Below are positions 21,621-33,030 of a stretch of DNA of 64,000 nt, one piece after another. This DNA comes from an uncultured Hormoscilla sp. (GTDB lineage: Bacteria; Cyanobacteriota; Cyanobacteriia; Cyanobacteriales; Desertifilaceae), in contig OZ001293.3 in the NCBI GenBank assembly GCA_963921275.4, positions 2,016,001 to 2,080,000 of the forward strand, in the 5' to 3' direction. The translations under genes were made by a program, and so were the position numbers. The first letter of the stretch is position 1. Each line of letters starts with the position of its first letter. The notes below the pieces were generated by a model that did not search any database, was not told the origin of the DNA, and saw nothing but the letters and a program-made list of their open reading frames with translations.

Positions 21621-23481
21621 CACCAGTTGCTACAGATGACTTCGCCACCGTGGAGTTGGGAACCAGTGAAACAATTGAGGTATTGGCAAATGACGCCGAT
21701 CCTAATGGGGATGATCTGTTAATTACAGGCTTCTCTTCAAATTCACTTCAGGGAGGTGCGATCGCCCGCGATGGTAATCGTCTGCGCTATACTCCAGCAG
21801 ATGGTTTTCGCGGTAATGACAGCTTCCGATACAGTATTGGTGACAGCAATGGCGGAACCTCCAGCGCAATTGTGAATATAACGGTGCCGAATACACCACC
21901 AGTTGCTACAGATGACTTCGCCACCGTGGAGTTGGGAACCAGTGAAACAATTGAGGTATTGGCAAATGACAGGGATCCTAATGGGGATGATCTGTTAATT
22001 ACAGGCTTCTCTTCAAATTCACTTCAGAGAGGTGCGATCGCCCGCGATGGTAATCGTCTGCGCTATACTCCAGCAGATGGTTTTCGCGGTAATGACAGCT
22101 TCCGATACAGTATTGGTGACGGCAATGGCGGAACCTCCAGCGCAATTGTGAATATAACGGTGCCGAATGCACCACCAGTTGCTACAGATGACTTCGCCAC
22201 CGTGGAGTTGGGAACCAGTGAAACAATTGAGGTATTGGCAAATGACAGGGATCCTAATGGGGATGATCTGTTAATTACAGGCTTCTCTTCAAATTCACTT
22301 CAGGGAGGTGCGATCGCCCGCGATGGTAATCGTCTGCGCTATACTCCAGCAGATGGTTTTCGCGGTAATGACAGCTTCCGATACAGTATTGGTGACGGCA
22401 ATGGCGGAACCTCCAGCGCAATTGTGAATATAACGGTGCCGAATGCACCACCAGTTGCTACAGATGACTTCGCCACCGTGGAGTTGGGAACCAGTGAAAC
22501 AATTGAGGTATTGGCAAATGACAGGGATCCTAATGGGGTGATCTGTTAATTACAGGCTTCTCTTCAAATTCACTTCAGGGAGGTGCGATCGCCCGCGATG
22601 GTAATCGTCTGCGCTATACTCCAGCAGGTGGTTTTCGCGGTGATGACAGTTTTGAGTACAGTATTAGTGACGGCAATGGCGGAACCGCCACCGCAACTGT
22701 GAATATAACGGTGTCGAATCAAGCACCAGTTGCTGCAGATGACTTCGCCGCCGTGGAGTTGGGAACCAGTGAAACAATTGAGGTATTGGCAAATGACAGG
22801 GATCCTAATGGGGATGATCTGTTAATTACAGGCTTCTCTTCAAATTCACTTCAGGGAGGTGCGATCGCGCTTACTGATCAGCTAGGTCTGCGCTATACTC
22901 CAGCAGGTGGTTTTGGCGGTACAGACAGTTTTGAGTACAGTATTAGTGACGGCAATGGCGGAACCGCCAGCGCAACTGTGAATATAACGGTGCCGAATCA
23001 ACCACCAGTTGCTGTAAATGACGAGGCCACCGTGAATTTGGGAGAAACTGTCACAATTGAGGTATTGGCAAATGACACCGATCCCAATGGGGATAGTCTG
23101 TCAATTACAGGTTTCAGTGCTCCTCAAGGAAATCTTCTAGGAAGTACGGTCGCCCAAAATGGTAATACTTTGAGCTATAGTATACCAATAGTTTTGCTAA
23201 AAGTTAGTGATCGTTTTACCTACACTATTAGTGACGGCAATGGCGGAACCTCCAGCGCAACTGTGAATATAACTGTGCCGAATCAACCACCAGTCATTAT
23301 TCCACCAGTCATTATTCCAGTCTTGGAAATGGATCCCAGTTTAGCTAGGATAGATGATCATGGCACTGCTGGAGAGCATGATACCATCGGGCTTGCTTTT
23401 CCATCTACATCCGTAGATGTCTTGATGATCCAATCCAATACGGTCTTGGATAAGGATCTGACTTCCCTTCCGCTACCCTAA
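21621..23481 (+). pseudogene. Tandem Ig-like (Big_9/tandem-95) repeat protein, headless and frameshifted
   Basis: Six ~276-bp units starting 21621, 21897, 22173, 22449, 22724 and 23003 (PVATDD...VLAND.DPNGD...YTP...SATVNITV); 1-nt deletion near 22538. Confidence 0.85.
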
Positions 23482-23618
23482 AGGGTAGGACTACAAGAAC
23501 TAAGCCCGCCTGTGCGGACTTAGGGTTAGCGACTATAAGGAGGAGGATCCTGACTTAGTCACAGATCGGATCCGATTGCTTATAATTGAGAAGTATCTTT
23601 CGGTAAAGAGAATAGCAT

Positions 23619-25179
23619 ATGACTTGGGATGTAGACGGCAATGGCAGATTGGACGCACTGACTGACGGAGGGTTGATAGTGCGTTATCTGTTTGGGTTGA
23701 CAGGTGAAGCCCTGACCAGGAACGCGATCGCTCCCAATGCAGCCAGAAGGACAGCAGATCAGATAACAGAATACCTAAGATCCATCCGTGACGAACTGGA
23801 TATAGATGGGAATGGCAATATAGACGCCTTGACTGACGGAATTTTGTATTTGCGGTATCTGTTAGGGTTTACCGGTGAGGATTTGACTTCAGGGGCTGTT
23901 GCTAGAGATGCGACGCGGAGGAACGCTGAGCAGATTGTCGCGTACCTGCTGGGGCCAATAGACCCTCCCTCTCGGGAACTGCATTTGTTTGAAGGTGCTT
24001 TCTTTGATGTTATCTTTAACTATACAGACCATCCCACGATCGATGTAGATGCAGTTCTAGATCGGCTACAAAACACGGATGACCCCAGTATTATTGGCCA
24101 GCAGTTCGTTGCAGTTGCTTTTAATCCGTCAGTCGCAACCGATAGCAGGGAAGTTAGTCAAATTCAGGAACTGCATGCGTTTGGAGATGCTTCCTTTGAT
24201 GTTACCTTTAACCTTTTGAAAGCATCGAATCAACCACCAGTTGCTGCAGATGACTTCGCCGCCGTGGAGTTGGGAACCACTGCCACAATTGACGTATTGG
24301 CAAATGACAGGGATCCTAATGGGGATGATCTGTTAATTACAGGCTTCTCTTCAAATTCACTTCAGGGAGGTGCGATCGCCAGCGATGGTAATGGTCTGCG
24401 CTATACTCCAGCAGATGGTTTTCGCGGTACAATACTCCGGACAGTTTTTAGACCCTATTTCGACTACAACACAAGGGTTGCAGCCAAAAGCGCCTTATTT
24501 TTTTCAATGTCTGCCCCAGGGCTAACTTGCCTAAAATTGCTCTATCGAGCAAAGGCTGACGCTGCGATGCGCGAGGGGTAGTGCGAGTAGCGCGCCCCGA
24601 GTGCATCGCAAGGCTTGCAGCTACGTACAGCCAAAACGGTCCGGACTATTGCGCGGTAATGACAGTTTTCAGTACAGTATTAGTGACGGCAATGGCGGAA
24701 CCTCCAGCGCAACTGTGAATATAACGGTGCTAAATCAGATTATTGGTAATAATCTTCTCACCAGCGAGACTGGAATGCGAGAAACCCTAGAAGGTGGCGC
24801 TGGGAGTGATATCATAATTGGTAACCGTGGTTCGGACATTTTATTGGGAGGCGCAGGTGCTGATGTATTTGTGTACAATAGCTTAGCTGACAGCGGCGCA
24901 GACCCAGATGCACCCCTTGAAGGCGGCGATGATATTCTTGACTTCAATCCAGCAGAGGATACAATCCGGTTCAACTTTGAGGTAGCTCCTGGAAGGCCAG
25001 TCTCTATTGATGACATACAGATTAATACTGAATTCATCAGTTTTGGCGCGGCTATAATTGGTGTTTCGACTCCTAATACTCCACGGGATTTTCTCCCCGA
25101 GCAATTTGTGATTACTTTGGCCAACTTAGATCAAACAACTACTGAGGCAAGAATCCGCAGCAGTATCCAATTCGGCTAG
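23619..25179 (+). pseudogene. Secreted Ca-binding protein (dockerin-like DVDGNG..DALTDG repeats, Ig repeat, RTX tail) interrupted by a MITE
   Basis: Two ORFs join at GFRG|NDSF once 24430-24651 and one target copy are removed; GGAGSD/GGAGAD nonapeptides. Confidence 0.8.
24430..24651. mobile_element. 222-bp MITE containing a nested 44-nt hairpin element (24565-24608)
   Basis: IRs CAATACTCCGGACAGTTTT / AAAACGGTCCGGACTATTG; 7-bp target duplication CGCGGTA. Confidence 0.88.
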
Positions 25180-25428
25180 TTTATAATCGATTAGTAAATC
25201 GCTGGTCTTTTTGAGCAAAAGACAATACCCTGGATGCTTGTAGTCTGGACTTGACCGCCATTGACGATACCGGCATCCAGGGTATTGAGATCCTAGACCT
25301 GAATAGTGGAGGTAATAGCTTAACCCTGGAAGTCAGCAAATTGCCATATCTCTGATATGGCTGCGCTCCCGTAGGGATATAGCTACGCTCCCGTAGAGAT
25401 ACGGAAAGCAGCTTAACAGTACTTAAAT

Positions 25429-26286
25429 ATGCCGACCTTCCTGCCTGTACGTCAAACCCTCTCCTTAACAGATATTCAACTTTCTTACTTGGAGTGGCAC
25501 CAAGGCGATCGACCTTTACTACTTTTACATGGTTTGGCCGACCACGCCCTCGTTTGGTCCAGTTTGGCAGATTACCTGGCCTCAAATTACCGCATAGTTG
25601 CACCGGATATGCGCGGTCATGGGGAAAGTAGTAAGCCTGACTTTGGCTATACTTTTAAAGAGGCGATCGCGGATCTGGAAGCCTTAATGGACCATCTGGG
25701 ATGGTCTGACGCCCATGTTATCGGTCATTCTTGGACGGGAAAATTAGCACCCATCTGGGCGAAGAAAAATCCACAACGCTTGCGCAGCATGATTTTGGTC
25801 GATCCCATTTTCATCTGGAAAATGCCCAGCTTCTTTAAATTAACCTTCCCCATCTTATACAGGGTATTGCCCTTTCTCAAGGGCATGGGACCATTTGCTA
25901 GCTATGCAGAGGCGGAGGCGCAAGCGCGAGAGTTCAAGCAATACAAGGGTTGGAGTTCCATACAGCAGCAAGTATTTCAAGCTAGCATTGAGGAAAAACC
26001 AGATGGTCGTTGGGGTAGCAAATTTGTTATCCCGGCCAGGAATCAGATTTTTGAGGACGTGATGCGCGTACCGGGACTAACGGATCCCATTGACATCCCG
26101 ACACTGTTCGTACAGCCAGAAAAAGGTGTTAATCGCTTGGATTGGCAGCTCAAACCCTATAGTACCTATCTGACAAACCTGCGCATTTGTCAAGTTCCTG
26201 GCAATCATTGGCCCTTTTTGGTTCAACCTGATGCATTTAACCGTACTGTCGAGGATTTCTTGGACGAACAGGCGGGAAAGAGGTAA
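25429..26286 (+). CDS. Alpha/beta-fold hydrolase
   Basis: LLHGLAD, PDMRGHG, GHSWTG nucleophile elbow, GNHW. Confidence 0.9.
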   Translation: MPTFLPVRQTLSLTDIQLSYLEWHQGDRPLLLLHGLADHALVWSSLADYLASNYRIVAPDMRGHGESSKPDFGYTFKEAIADLEALMDHLGWSDAHVIGHSWTGKLAPIWAKKNPQRLRSMILVDPIFIWKMPSFFKLTFPILYRVLPFLKGMGPFASYAEAEAQAREFKQYKGWSSIQQQVFQASIEEKPDGRWGSKFVIPARNQIFEDVMRVPGLTDPIDIPTLFVQPEKGVNRLDWQLKPYSTYLTNLRICQVPGNHWPFLVQPDAFNRTVEDFLDEQAGKR

Positions 26287-26736
26287 GGGTAAGGCCTGCC
26301 CACGAGGGTAATCCCGATCGTCATTGAGGATTGTCACCGTGCTTTCAAGAGCGAAGCTTGGGATTATATTTCTAAGAATATTAGCGGTAGCCCATTTGAA
26401 ATGCTGCACGAATCGATGCAAGCGGCGATCGCCTACCTGAATCGTTGGGGGAATAAACCCAACGAACAATGGTTTGAGGAATATAAAGCAGAACTCGAAC
26501 AGAAATATTGGGGACAATATTCGCGATCGCCAACAAAGCGGTTATAGAATCAGCAGATACTGCCGCGTATTTGCTCCACGTGACAGTTCCTCTCCCGTCT
26601 TATTTTTCGTCGGGTTGAAAATGCCGAAAACCCCTTAGATTCACGTGAGAGAATTCCCTAACTGCGAACTGCGAACTGCGAACTGACGTAGCTCCCCATT
26701 CCCCGCTCCCCTACTCCCAAAGTTTCCCCCTTCCCC

Positions 26737-28710
26737 TTAGATCACTCGATCGTTTCCGCCATCGATGGGTACGCCAGCAGCAGTGGTCTTGGCAAACAGC
26801 GGTCCGCACATTTCCGCTGCTAACTCGGCCACATCTCGGCTAGTTATCTCCACCTTGAGGACATTATTGGTCTTGTATTCCTCTACTGTCAGATTGTAAT
26901 GTTCAGCACGAGCCTTTAATACTTCTTCTGTCCACAGTCCCGTGTCGAATACCGCGTTCGGGTGAATAGAATTAATGCGGATATTGTCGCCGCCCCACTC
27001 CAAAGCTGCTACCCGCACTAATTGATTCAAAGCTGCCTTGGAAGCGGAATAGGCCGCCGCCCCCGGCCCCGGTGCCAAAACATTCTTAGAACCAATGACT
27101 ACCACTCGTCCCCCCTTGGGTGCTAATTTCAGTAACGGGTGACATTCGCGCATCAGCATGAGATTGGCATCTAGGTTGATTGCCATCACCCGTCGCCATT
27201 CTGCCGTTGACAGAGAGTCGATGAGACAACCGCCGGGAAATATCCCCGCATTCAGAATTAACATATCCAGACCGCCGAAAGCACGGACTGCTTGTTCTGC
27301 AGCAGCTGCGATCGCCTGTTCGTCGGTCACGTCACAGGTGATGCCGCAAAAGTCAGGGCGTTTGTGAAGTTCTGCTATGGCAGGATTAATATCTAACCCT
27401 ACCACTGCTGCGCCCCGTTGCAACAAAGCATCTACACAAGCTTTACCAATACCAGAAGCGGCCCCAGTCACCAAGGCCACTTCTCCCGCGAACATGGGTA
27501 GCGTGCCTCCCTTGCGCAGCTTCGCCTGTTCTAATTCCCAATATTCGATATCAAAGATGTCTTTACCTGGCAGGGCTTGATAACCCCCCAAGGCAGTGGC
27601 CCCCTCAATGACATCCATTGTCTGGTGGTAAATATCGGCCACGATCGCCGCCGCCTTAGCATTGCCTCCAATGGCGCACATCCCCAATTGAGAGTCGAGA
27701 ATTACTCGGGGCGCTGGATCGAGCATGGTCTTTTTTTCCTTAGCCGTAGGAGCATACTCGGCGAAGTAGGCTTTGTAGGCTTCCACATAGCCTTGCACAT
27801 CTCTTCTTACTAAGGGCAGGCGCTTGGTGCGGATGACGTGATCGGGAGTGGCCGGTCCTTGCTGGGATATTTCCTCCAAGTCCTGACGCCCCACAAAGGC
27901 CAGGGTACGACGATCGTTATGCATCGTCACGATCGCAGGAAAACCCGCAGCCTCAGAAACCTCACGACGCAAGGATGCCAGAGTCTGACGCACGGGAATA
28001 TCTTCTACCTCAACTTTTGGCTGTGGTTTATTCCAGGCTCCATACCGTGTTAAATATTCTTCAGCTAGACTTACCAGGGAGATCATCCGTTCGTAGGACT
28101 CCCGGGCCGTTGTCCCAAAGGAAAAGATGCCGTGGTTCATCAGCAGCATCCCGCGAGTCCGTTCAGTCGCCTCTGCGGCAAACCTTTCGGCGCAGAAGCG
28201 TGCCAAATCAAAACCGGGCATCACATAGGGGATAATCACCACTGTATCCCCATATATTTCCCGCACCCTTTCCCAACTGTTAGCCGTATTAGTAACGGTA
28301 ACCACCGCATCAGCATGGGTGTGATCCGCGTATTTATAGGGCAGGGTAGCATGGAGGATCGTTTCTACCGAAGGAGATGGGGCGCTAGGGCGAGTCATTT
28401 GGGTTTTCAGTTCCTTGACCATCTCCCGATCGGACAGCGAAGGTAGCTTCGCCAGCTTCAGCAAATGTCCCATCCGCACTGGCGAGAACCCTGCCTCTTC
28501 AATGGTGGCCAGATCCCAACCGCTACCTTTAACATAGAGGATCTCTTCTTCCTCTCCCACCAGATTCTTTTCCTTAATTTTTACCGAAGTGTTGCCACCG
28601 CCGTGCAGTACCAGGGATGGATCTGTACCCAACAGGCGCGAACTGTATACACGTTGGGCCAGATATCCTTTGTACCGTGCCGCTTCTGCCTCATTCCACA
28701 GACTTTTCAT
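26737..28710 (-). CDS. Bifunctional class II aldolase/short-chain dehydrogenase (rhamnulose-1-phosphate aldolase/ADH type)
   Basis: HGGGNTS, PSVET, HTH, NHG; SDR TGAASGIG and YSASK; start taken at MKSLW. Confidence 0.9.
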   Translation of the reverse strand: MKSLWNEAEAARYKGYLAQRVYSSRLLGTDPSLVLHGGGNTSVKIKEKNLVGEEEEILYVKGSGWDLATIEEAGFSPVRMGHLLKLAKLPSLSDREMVKELKTQMTRPSAPSPSVETILHATLPYKYADHTHADAVVTVTNTANSWERVREIYGDTVVIIPYVMPGFDLARFCAERFAAEATERTRGMLLMNHGIFSFGTTARESYERMISLVSLAEEYLTRYGAWNKPQPKVEVEDIPVRQTLASLRREVSEAAGFPAIVTMHNDRRTLAFVGRQDLEEISQQGPATPDHVIRTKRLPLVRRDVQGYVEAYKAYFAEYAPTAKEKKTMLDPAPRVILDSQLGMCAIGGNAKAAAIVADIYHQTMDVIEGATALGGYQALPGKDIFDIEYWELEQAKLRKGGTLPMFAGEVALVTGAASGIGKACVDALLQRGAAVVGLDINPAIAELHKRPDFCGITCDVTDEQAIAAAAEQAVRAFGGLDMLILNAGIFPGGCLIDSLSTAEWRRVMAINLDANLMLMRECHPLLKLAPKGGRVVVIGSKNVLAPGPGAAAYSASKAALNQLVRVAALEWGGDNIRINSIHPNAVFDTGLWTEEVLKARAEHYNLTVEEYKTNNVLKVEITSRDVAELAAEMCGPLFAKTTAAGVPIDGGNDRVI

Positions 28711-28823
28711 ACTATTCTTCTTTGTCAGTTGCGTAGAACTTGTCTCGCCTATTAGGAGGTTGTCAGTCAAGTAGGCGTATCACGCGCAGGTCAAAGCAAC
28801 AAGTTTCCTCGCCACACCCCTGC

Positions 28824-28938
28824 CGATGTCTCCCGAGAGCGCATGGCTGCGCGATATCTTTTGTGTGCCGAGTCCCCACAAGAGCACAACAAAAGATATC
28901 GAACGCTACGCGATAGGAGCACTACTCTGGAGACATCG
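28824..28938. repeat. Composite nest of micro-elements (family A outer, short GC-rich repeat, family B inner 28852-28901)
   Basis: Outer CGATGTCTC...GAGACATCG; inner CGATATCTTTTGT...ACAAAAGATATCG. Confidence 0.75.
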
Positions 28939-28980
28939 CCGACTCCTCATCAGCTTACACCTCAGAGCCAAAGAAACTAG

Positions 28981-29851
28981 GGTGTGTCATCAATCAAATT
29001 GCTTGACAGAAGTAGATGGATACGGTATGGAGTCCTTATCCAGCAATAACAATCAAGAGGGCATGATATGAGACGCTATGGCTTGCGAGACGACCAGTGG
29101 GAACGGATCGAACACCTTTTACCTGGTAAAGAGGGTGACCCAGGCGCTACAGCCAAGAACAATAGATTATTCGTGTTCTGCCGTGTTATATCGATATCGT
29201 GCTGGCATTCCCTGGCGGGATTTACCGGAGTGTTTTGGGGATTTTCGGGTTGTTCATACCCGCCATACCCGTTGGTCTGAAAAGGGAGTTTGGAAGCAGG
29301 TATTCGATGTCTTGGCCTCAGACGCCGATAACGAATACGCCGCGATTGATGCCACCATCCTGCGTGCCCATCAACGAGCGTGCGGGTGCAAAAAAAAACA
29401 CCCTCAGATACGTGCGAAACCCAAGCCATAGGCCGTAGTAAAGGGGGACTATCGACAAAGATTCATGCCACTTGCGATTGCCCAAGGCAATCCCACAGGA
29501 TTTCATCTTACCCCTGGCCAAGCCCACGACGGGAAAGGCGCTGACGTGCTATTGGATAAAATCGGTGAGATTGGCGCGCTGCTTGCAGATAAAGCCTATG
29601 ATGCGGAACAACGTGTGCTCGAGCGCCTGAAAGAGGCGGATTGGATGGCTGTCATTCCTCCAAAAAGTAACCGCACAGAACACAGAGAATACGATGAAGA
29701 AATGTACAAGTGGCGGCATCTAATTGAAAATCTATTCCAAAAACTCAAGCAATACAGGGCTCTGGCGACACGCTACGATAAAACCGCTCGCAATTTCTTG
29801 GGTGCCATCTACCTCGCGGCAGCTGTAATATGGCTTAATTGATGACACGCC
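28981..29851 (+). mobile_element. IS5-family (IS427-like) element; transposase split, with an extra frameshift
   Basis: IRs GGTGTGTCATCAAT / ATTGATGACACGCC flanked by [20 protein letters not shown]9 run at ~29390, ADKAYD, IENLFQKLKQYRALATRYDK. Confidence 0.9.
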
Positions 29852-29933
29852 CTAGTTGCTGCTAAAAGGATGTTGTATCGCGTCTATTGCCCTGGATAAA
29901 GACAAACAAAGCCCGCCTGCGCGGGCTTTGTTT

Positions 29934-29987
29934 CGATATCTTTTGTTGTGCTCTTGTCCCAAGGGACTCGGCACACAAAAGATATCG
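29934..29987. repeat. 54-nt hairpin micro-element (family B)
   Basis: CGATATCTTTTGT-TGTGCTCTTGTCCCAAGGGACTCGGCAC-ACAAAAGATATCG. Confidence 0.75.
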
Positions 29988-30233
29988 ATGTTACATTTAA
30001 GGGATGCTTCTGTTCTACATTCCCAGGGTATTGCCGCGCTTGTACTGTAAATAGGCAGCGACAAACAGTCCAGCGAGGGTGACTGGGATTAGGCCCAGCA
30101 CTATGCCTGAAATTAGCGGTTCAACCATCTTCAGTCTCCCAATTCTTGCAGTTGTGGGCTGTCAGTTGTCAGTTGTCGGTGTCGGTTGTCAGTTGTCGGT
30201 TGTCCACTAACCACTAACCACTAACCACTGATT

Positions 30234-31478
30234 CTACTGCTTTAGCAACAAGTAGTATAGCTCCCCGGTGGAATTCATCAATCCCGCCCGATCGCCCGCT
30301 TCTGCACCGGTGCCCATAAAGATATCAACTCGTCCCGCACCTTTAATAGCGCTGCCAGTATCCTGATCCAGTACGTAGCGGCTGACGGAGCGAAACTCCA
30401 GTTCGCCCCTAGTATTAGCATAGGGGATCTGGGTGTGAATCAGGGCTAATGCCCCTGGTGGCATGAGAGATTTATCCGTAGCAATGGAACGTTCTGCTGT
30501 CACGGGGAAACCTAAACTACCGGTAGCGGGAGTGCCATCGGTTTCCTGAAAGAAGATAAAGCTGCGGTTCCGGGGTAAATAGCGATTCATGGCCTGGGGT
30601 GAAGCGCGGAAATAGGAAATCAGCGCTGGCAGATTAATATCCTCTAGGCGCATGATGCCATCTCTGTATATTTCTCCGCCGACGCTAGTATAAGGCCAAT
30701 CGGTCTTACCCGCATAGCCTACAGTCATCACGCTGCCGTCTGTCAGTTGCAACCGGGCCGAACCTTGCACGTGAACTAAAAAGGCTTCAAAGCGATCGCG
30801 CAACCAGACCAATTCTAATCCCCGCAAGGGACTTTCTTCTCCCAATAGACCATCGGCACCTTCTAACTCCCGCCTGGTAGGATGAGGACGAGACCAATTT
30901 GCAAAGTCCGGAGGCAGTCGGTAGAGGGGATAGGGATATTCGGCCGTTGGCCTGGCGCTGGCAGCATAGATAGGTTCAAAGTATCCAGTAAAGGCAACGG
31001 TGCCTTCACCATCTTCGCCTACGGATTTGTACAGGACGAATTCCCGCTGCACTGCTGCTTGTAGTTCTGTTGGGGTCTGGGATGATAGCAGCAGCACGCG
31101 AAAACGTTCCAAAGAATGCATCACCCGATCGCGCGTTATTCCTGCTACTGGATATTGGCGATAAGCTGCTGCTGAACTTGGGGTCTGTAAATATTCCAGA
31201 CTGCGGTCGATCGCCTCTAAGAGGGCCTCTTTATCAACTAGCTGACTGCCCCACCGGCATCTTCCACGTGCTCTTGTCCTGAAGGACACGGCTGGCGCCG
31301 CGCTGCCGCGAACGGCACGTTCCAGACACCGCCCCCAAATTCGCTCGTCCCAACCCAGCTTGTCACCGGTAACTGACTGGTCTGGACCGATCGGGCGCAA
31401 GGGCACGGTCATGCCGATACCGGGTATCGATAGGGCCATTGATAAAGTCAGACCAAGGCAAGCTAATGTTTTTTTCAT
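30234..31478 (-). CDS. mltA: Membrane-bound lytic murein transglycosylase A, with an in-frame repeat-derived insert
   Basis: FTGYFEP, VQGS, QDTGSAIKGAGRVDIFMG. Confidence 0.92.
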   Translation of the reverse strand: MKKTLACLGLTLSMALSIPGIGMTVPLRPIGPDQSVTGDKLGWDERIWGRCLERAVRGSAAPAVSFRTRARGRCRWGSQLVDKEALLEAIDRSLEYLQTPSSAAAYRQYPVAGITRDRVMHSLERFRVLLLSSQTPTELQAAVQREFVLYKSVGEDGEGTVAFTGYFEPIYAASARPTAEYPYPLYRLPPDFANWSRPHPTRRELEGADGLLGEESPLRGLELVWLRDRFEAFLVHVQGSARLQLTDGSVMTVGYAGKTDWPYTSVGGEIYRDGIMRLEDINLPALISYFRASPQAMNRYLPRNRSFIFFQETDGTPATGSLGFPVTAERSIATDKSLMPPGALALIHTQIPYANTRGELEFRSVSRYVLDQDTGSAIKGAGRVDIFMGTGAEAGDRAGLMNSTGELYYLLLKQ

Positions 31479-31544
31479 CTCACCAGTTATTCTCAGCTAG
31501 AGTTCGACAGCCAGAGTTCGACGCCACAAGTAAACACCAGTTCC

Positions 31545-31805
31545 TTATTCCATTGGCGTGCGGTCAATACTGGAGGTGTACACTGGTTCTACCCGAATTG
31601 CTAGGATGCTGCGAAGACGCACCACCATATACTCACCCTGGGAAATTTTCATCGGTACATTAATGAAGCCACCGTCATCTGCTTTCGACACGACATCGCT
31701 AGCGTACCATTTTTGAAACTCTTTAATCATCAGGAAACGCACTGTCTCCCGGTGACCGCCCTCGATCAATAGGTGTACGGCAAATTCATCAGGGGTTCTT
31801 GGCAT
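31545..31805 (-). CDS. Conserved cyanobacterial hypothetical protein
   Basis: 86-aa ORF co-oriented with its neighbours; protein-like composition. Confidence 0.7.
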   Translation of the reverse strand: MPRTPDEFAVHLLIEGGHRETVRFLMIKEFQKWYASDVVSKADDGGFINVPMKISQGEYMVVRLRSILAIRVEPVYTSSIDRTPME

Positions 31806-31892
31806 AGTCTTCTCTCAAAGCACCGACATCATTATGGGATGCTTGCAGTTGCAAATCATTCTGTGTTCCTACCGAAATGATATTCTACTCGA

Positions 31893-32663
31893 TTAGGAAA
31901 GCAAATTGAACCGCAACAACAGTGTTTCGATCGTCTGGGGCAGCATCTGCTGTAGTTCTTGCCTATTTTTGTATAATAGGCGATTCTGACCGGGCAAGTC
32001 AAAGGGAAACTGTCCGGGCATGTCCTCTCGTTCTTGCTGTACCAGCAATATCTGTTCCCATCGCTTGCTCTTGAGAGCATAACCCATTTCTACACATACA
32101 TTCGGACTGGGTATCAGCTGCTGGCCCCTTTCCCGGGCCACCTGGGCGATCGCGGTCCCATCTGCCACAAACAGCAAACTCTTGCGGATCCGTCCCATCA
32201 GTTTGCTTTTTAATCTAATGGGTGCGTTGCTGGGGCGATGGGATCCTTCCACCGCGATCGTCAGGCGCGATCGTCTATTAATATTGGAGACCACCCGATC
32301 CAGTTCTTCCGAGATGGCTTCACTTGAGGTCGGGTACTCCGTCTGATAGCATAGGAATATTATCGGATCCAAATGGCCCATCACCTCTTGCTTCGCGAAA
32401 TATATCTCGTGACTGGTCAGGTCTATATTGGAGATTGCGTACCCACCACTGCCTTCAATATAAAATTCTACGACATCTCCTTCCAGATAGCGCCCAAACC
32501 ACTCTGAGTTTCTCACTTCTTCGCTATCTTCCAAGAAATCTGCTCGCAGAGCAGATTTTAGCAGACTATTTTTACTCAAGCGGATATCTGGAGGACGCTT
32601 AATCAGCTCTCTTATCGGTTCGTACTCCTGAAGATACCATGCTTTCAGAGCAATTATCGCCAT
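31893..32663 (-). CDS. Conserved cyanobacterial hypothetical protein (C-terminal SPNVCVEMGYA, TIR/NDT-like fold)
   Basis: Start placed at MAIIALKAWY; the longer ORF call runs into the non-coding array. Confidence 0.75.
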   Translation of the reverse strand: MAIIALKAWYLQEYEPIRELIKRPPDIRLSKNSLLKSALRADFLEDSEEVRNSEWFGRYLEGDVVEFYIEGSGGYAISNIDLTSHEIYFAKQEVMGHLDPIIFLCYQTEYPTSSEAISEELDRVVSNINRRSRLTIAVEGSHRPSNAPIRLKSKLMGRIRKSLLFVADGTAIAQVARERGQQLIPSPNVCVEMGYALKSKRWEQILLVQQEREDMPGQFPFDLPGQNRLLYKNRQELQQMLPQTIETLLLRFNLLS

Positions 32664-32690
32664 AATTCTTTTTCGCTGCTTCCCGTATTT

Positions 32691-33030
32691 AAACCACAAC
32701 AGCACCCGGTTCGCCCGACCGAGTGACTTCCTCCCTTGTTTGAGTCTATCTGGAGTTGAACTTATTCTACCATTTCTATCGCCCGTTTGGGCTATTGCGG
32801 TAGTGTTCAAAGCTCCCAACTCTCTATATTGAGGAAGTTTCCGCCTTTTGCTTGGGTGCTGTTGTGGTTTGACGAGACAGATCTAACTTAAACAGCTTTT
32901 TTCCTCTTTTCTCTCAACGTGGACTTGGCTGCTTATCTGCCAGGGAAGCTAATGCTTCATGTTTCCACCTTAAACGCTTCTGGGTTCAGATGCCAACCCC
33001 TTGTAACAATTCTTTACATTTCCCGACCTT
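32691..33030 (-). ncRNA. Structured ncRNA unit 1 (possible PsrR1/SyR1-like)
   Basis: 17-bp perfect inverted repeat 32691-32707/32854-32870 enclosing nested stems; own promoter-like region; strand inferred. Confidence 0.55.

Noticed and set aside
20718..22549. Functional methyltransferase-adhesin fusion or programmed frameshift
   Set aside because: The methyltransferase lacks motifs IX/X, there is no slippery site, and the repeat gene has its own frameshift.
26300..26547. Plus-strand protein-like frame IVIEDCHRAFKSEAWDY...EQKYWGQY
   Set aside because: No start codon and no recognisable family; probably a gene remnant I cannot assign.
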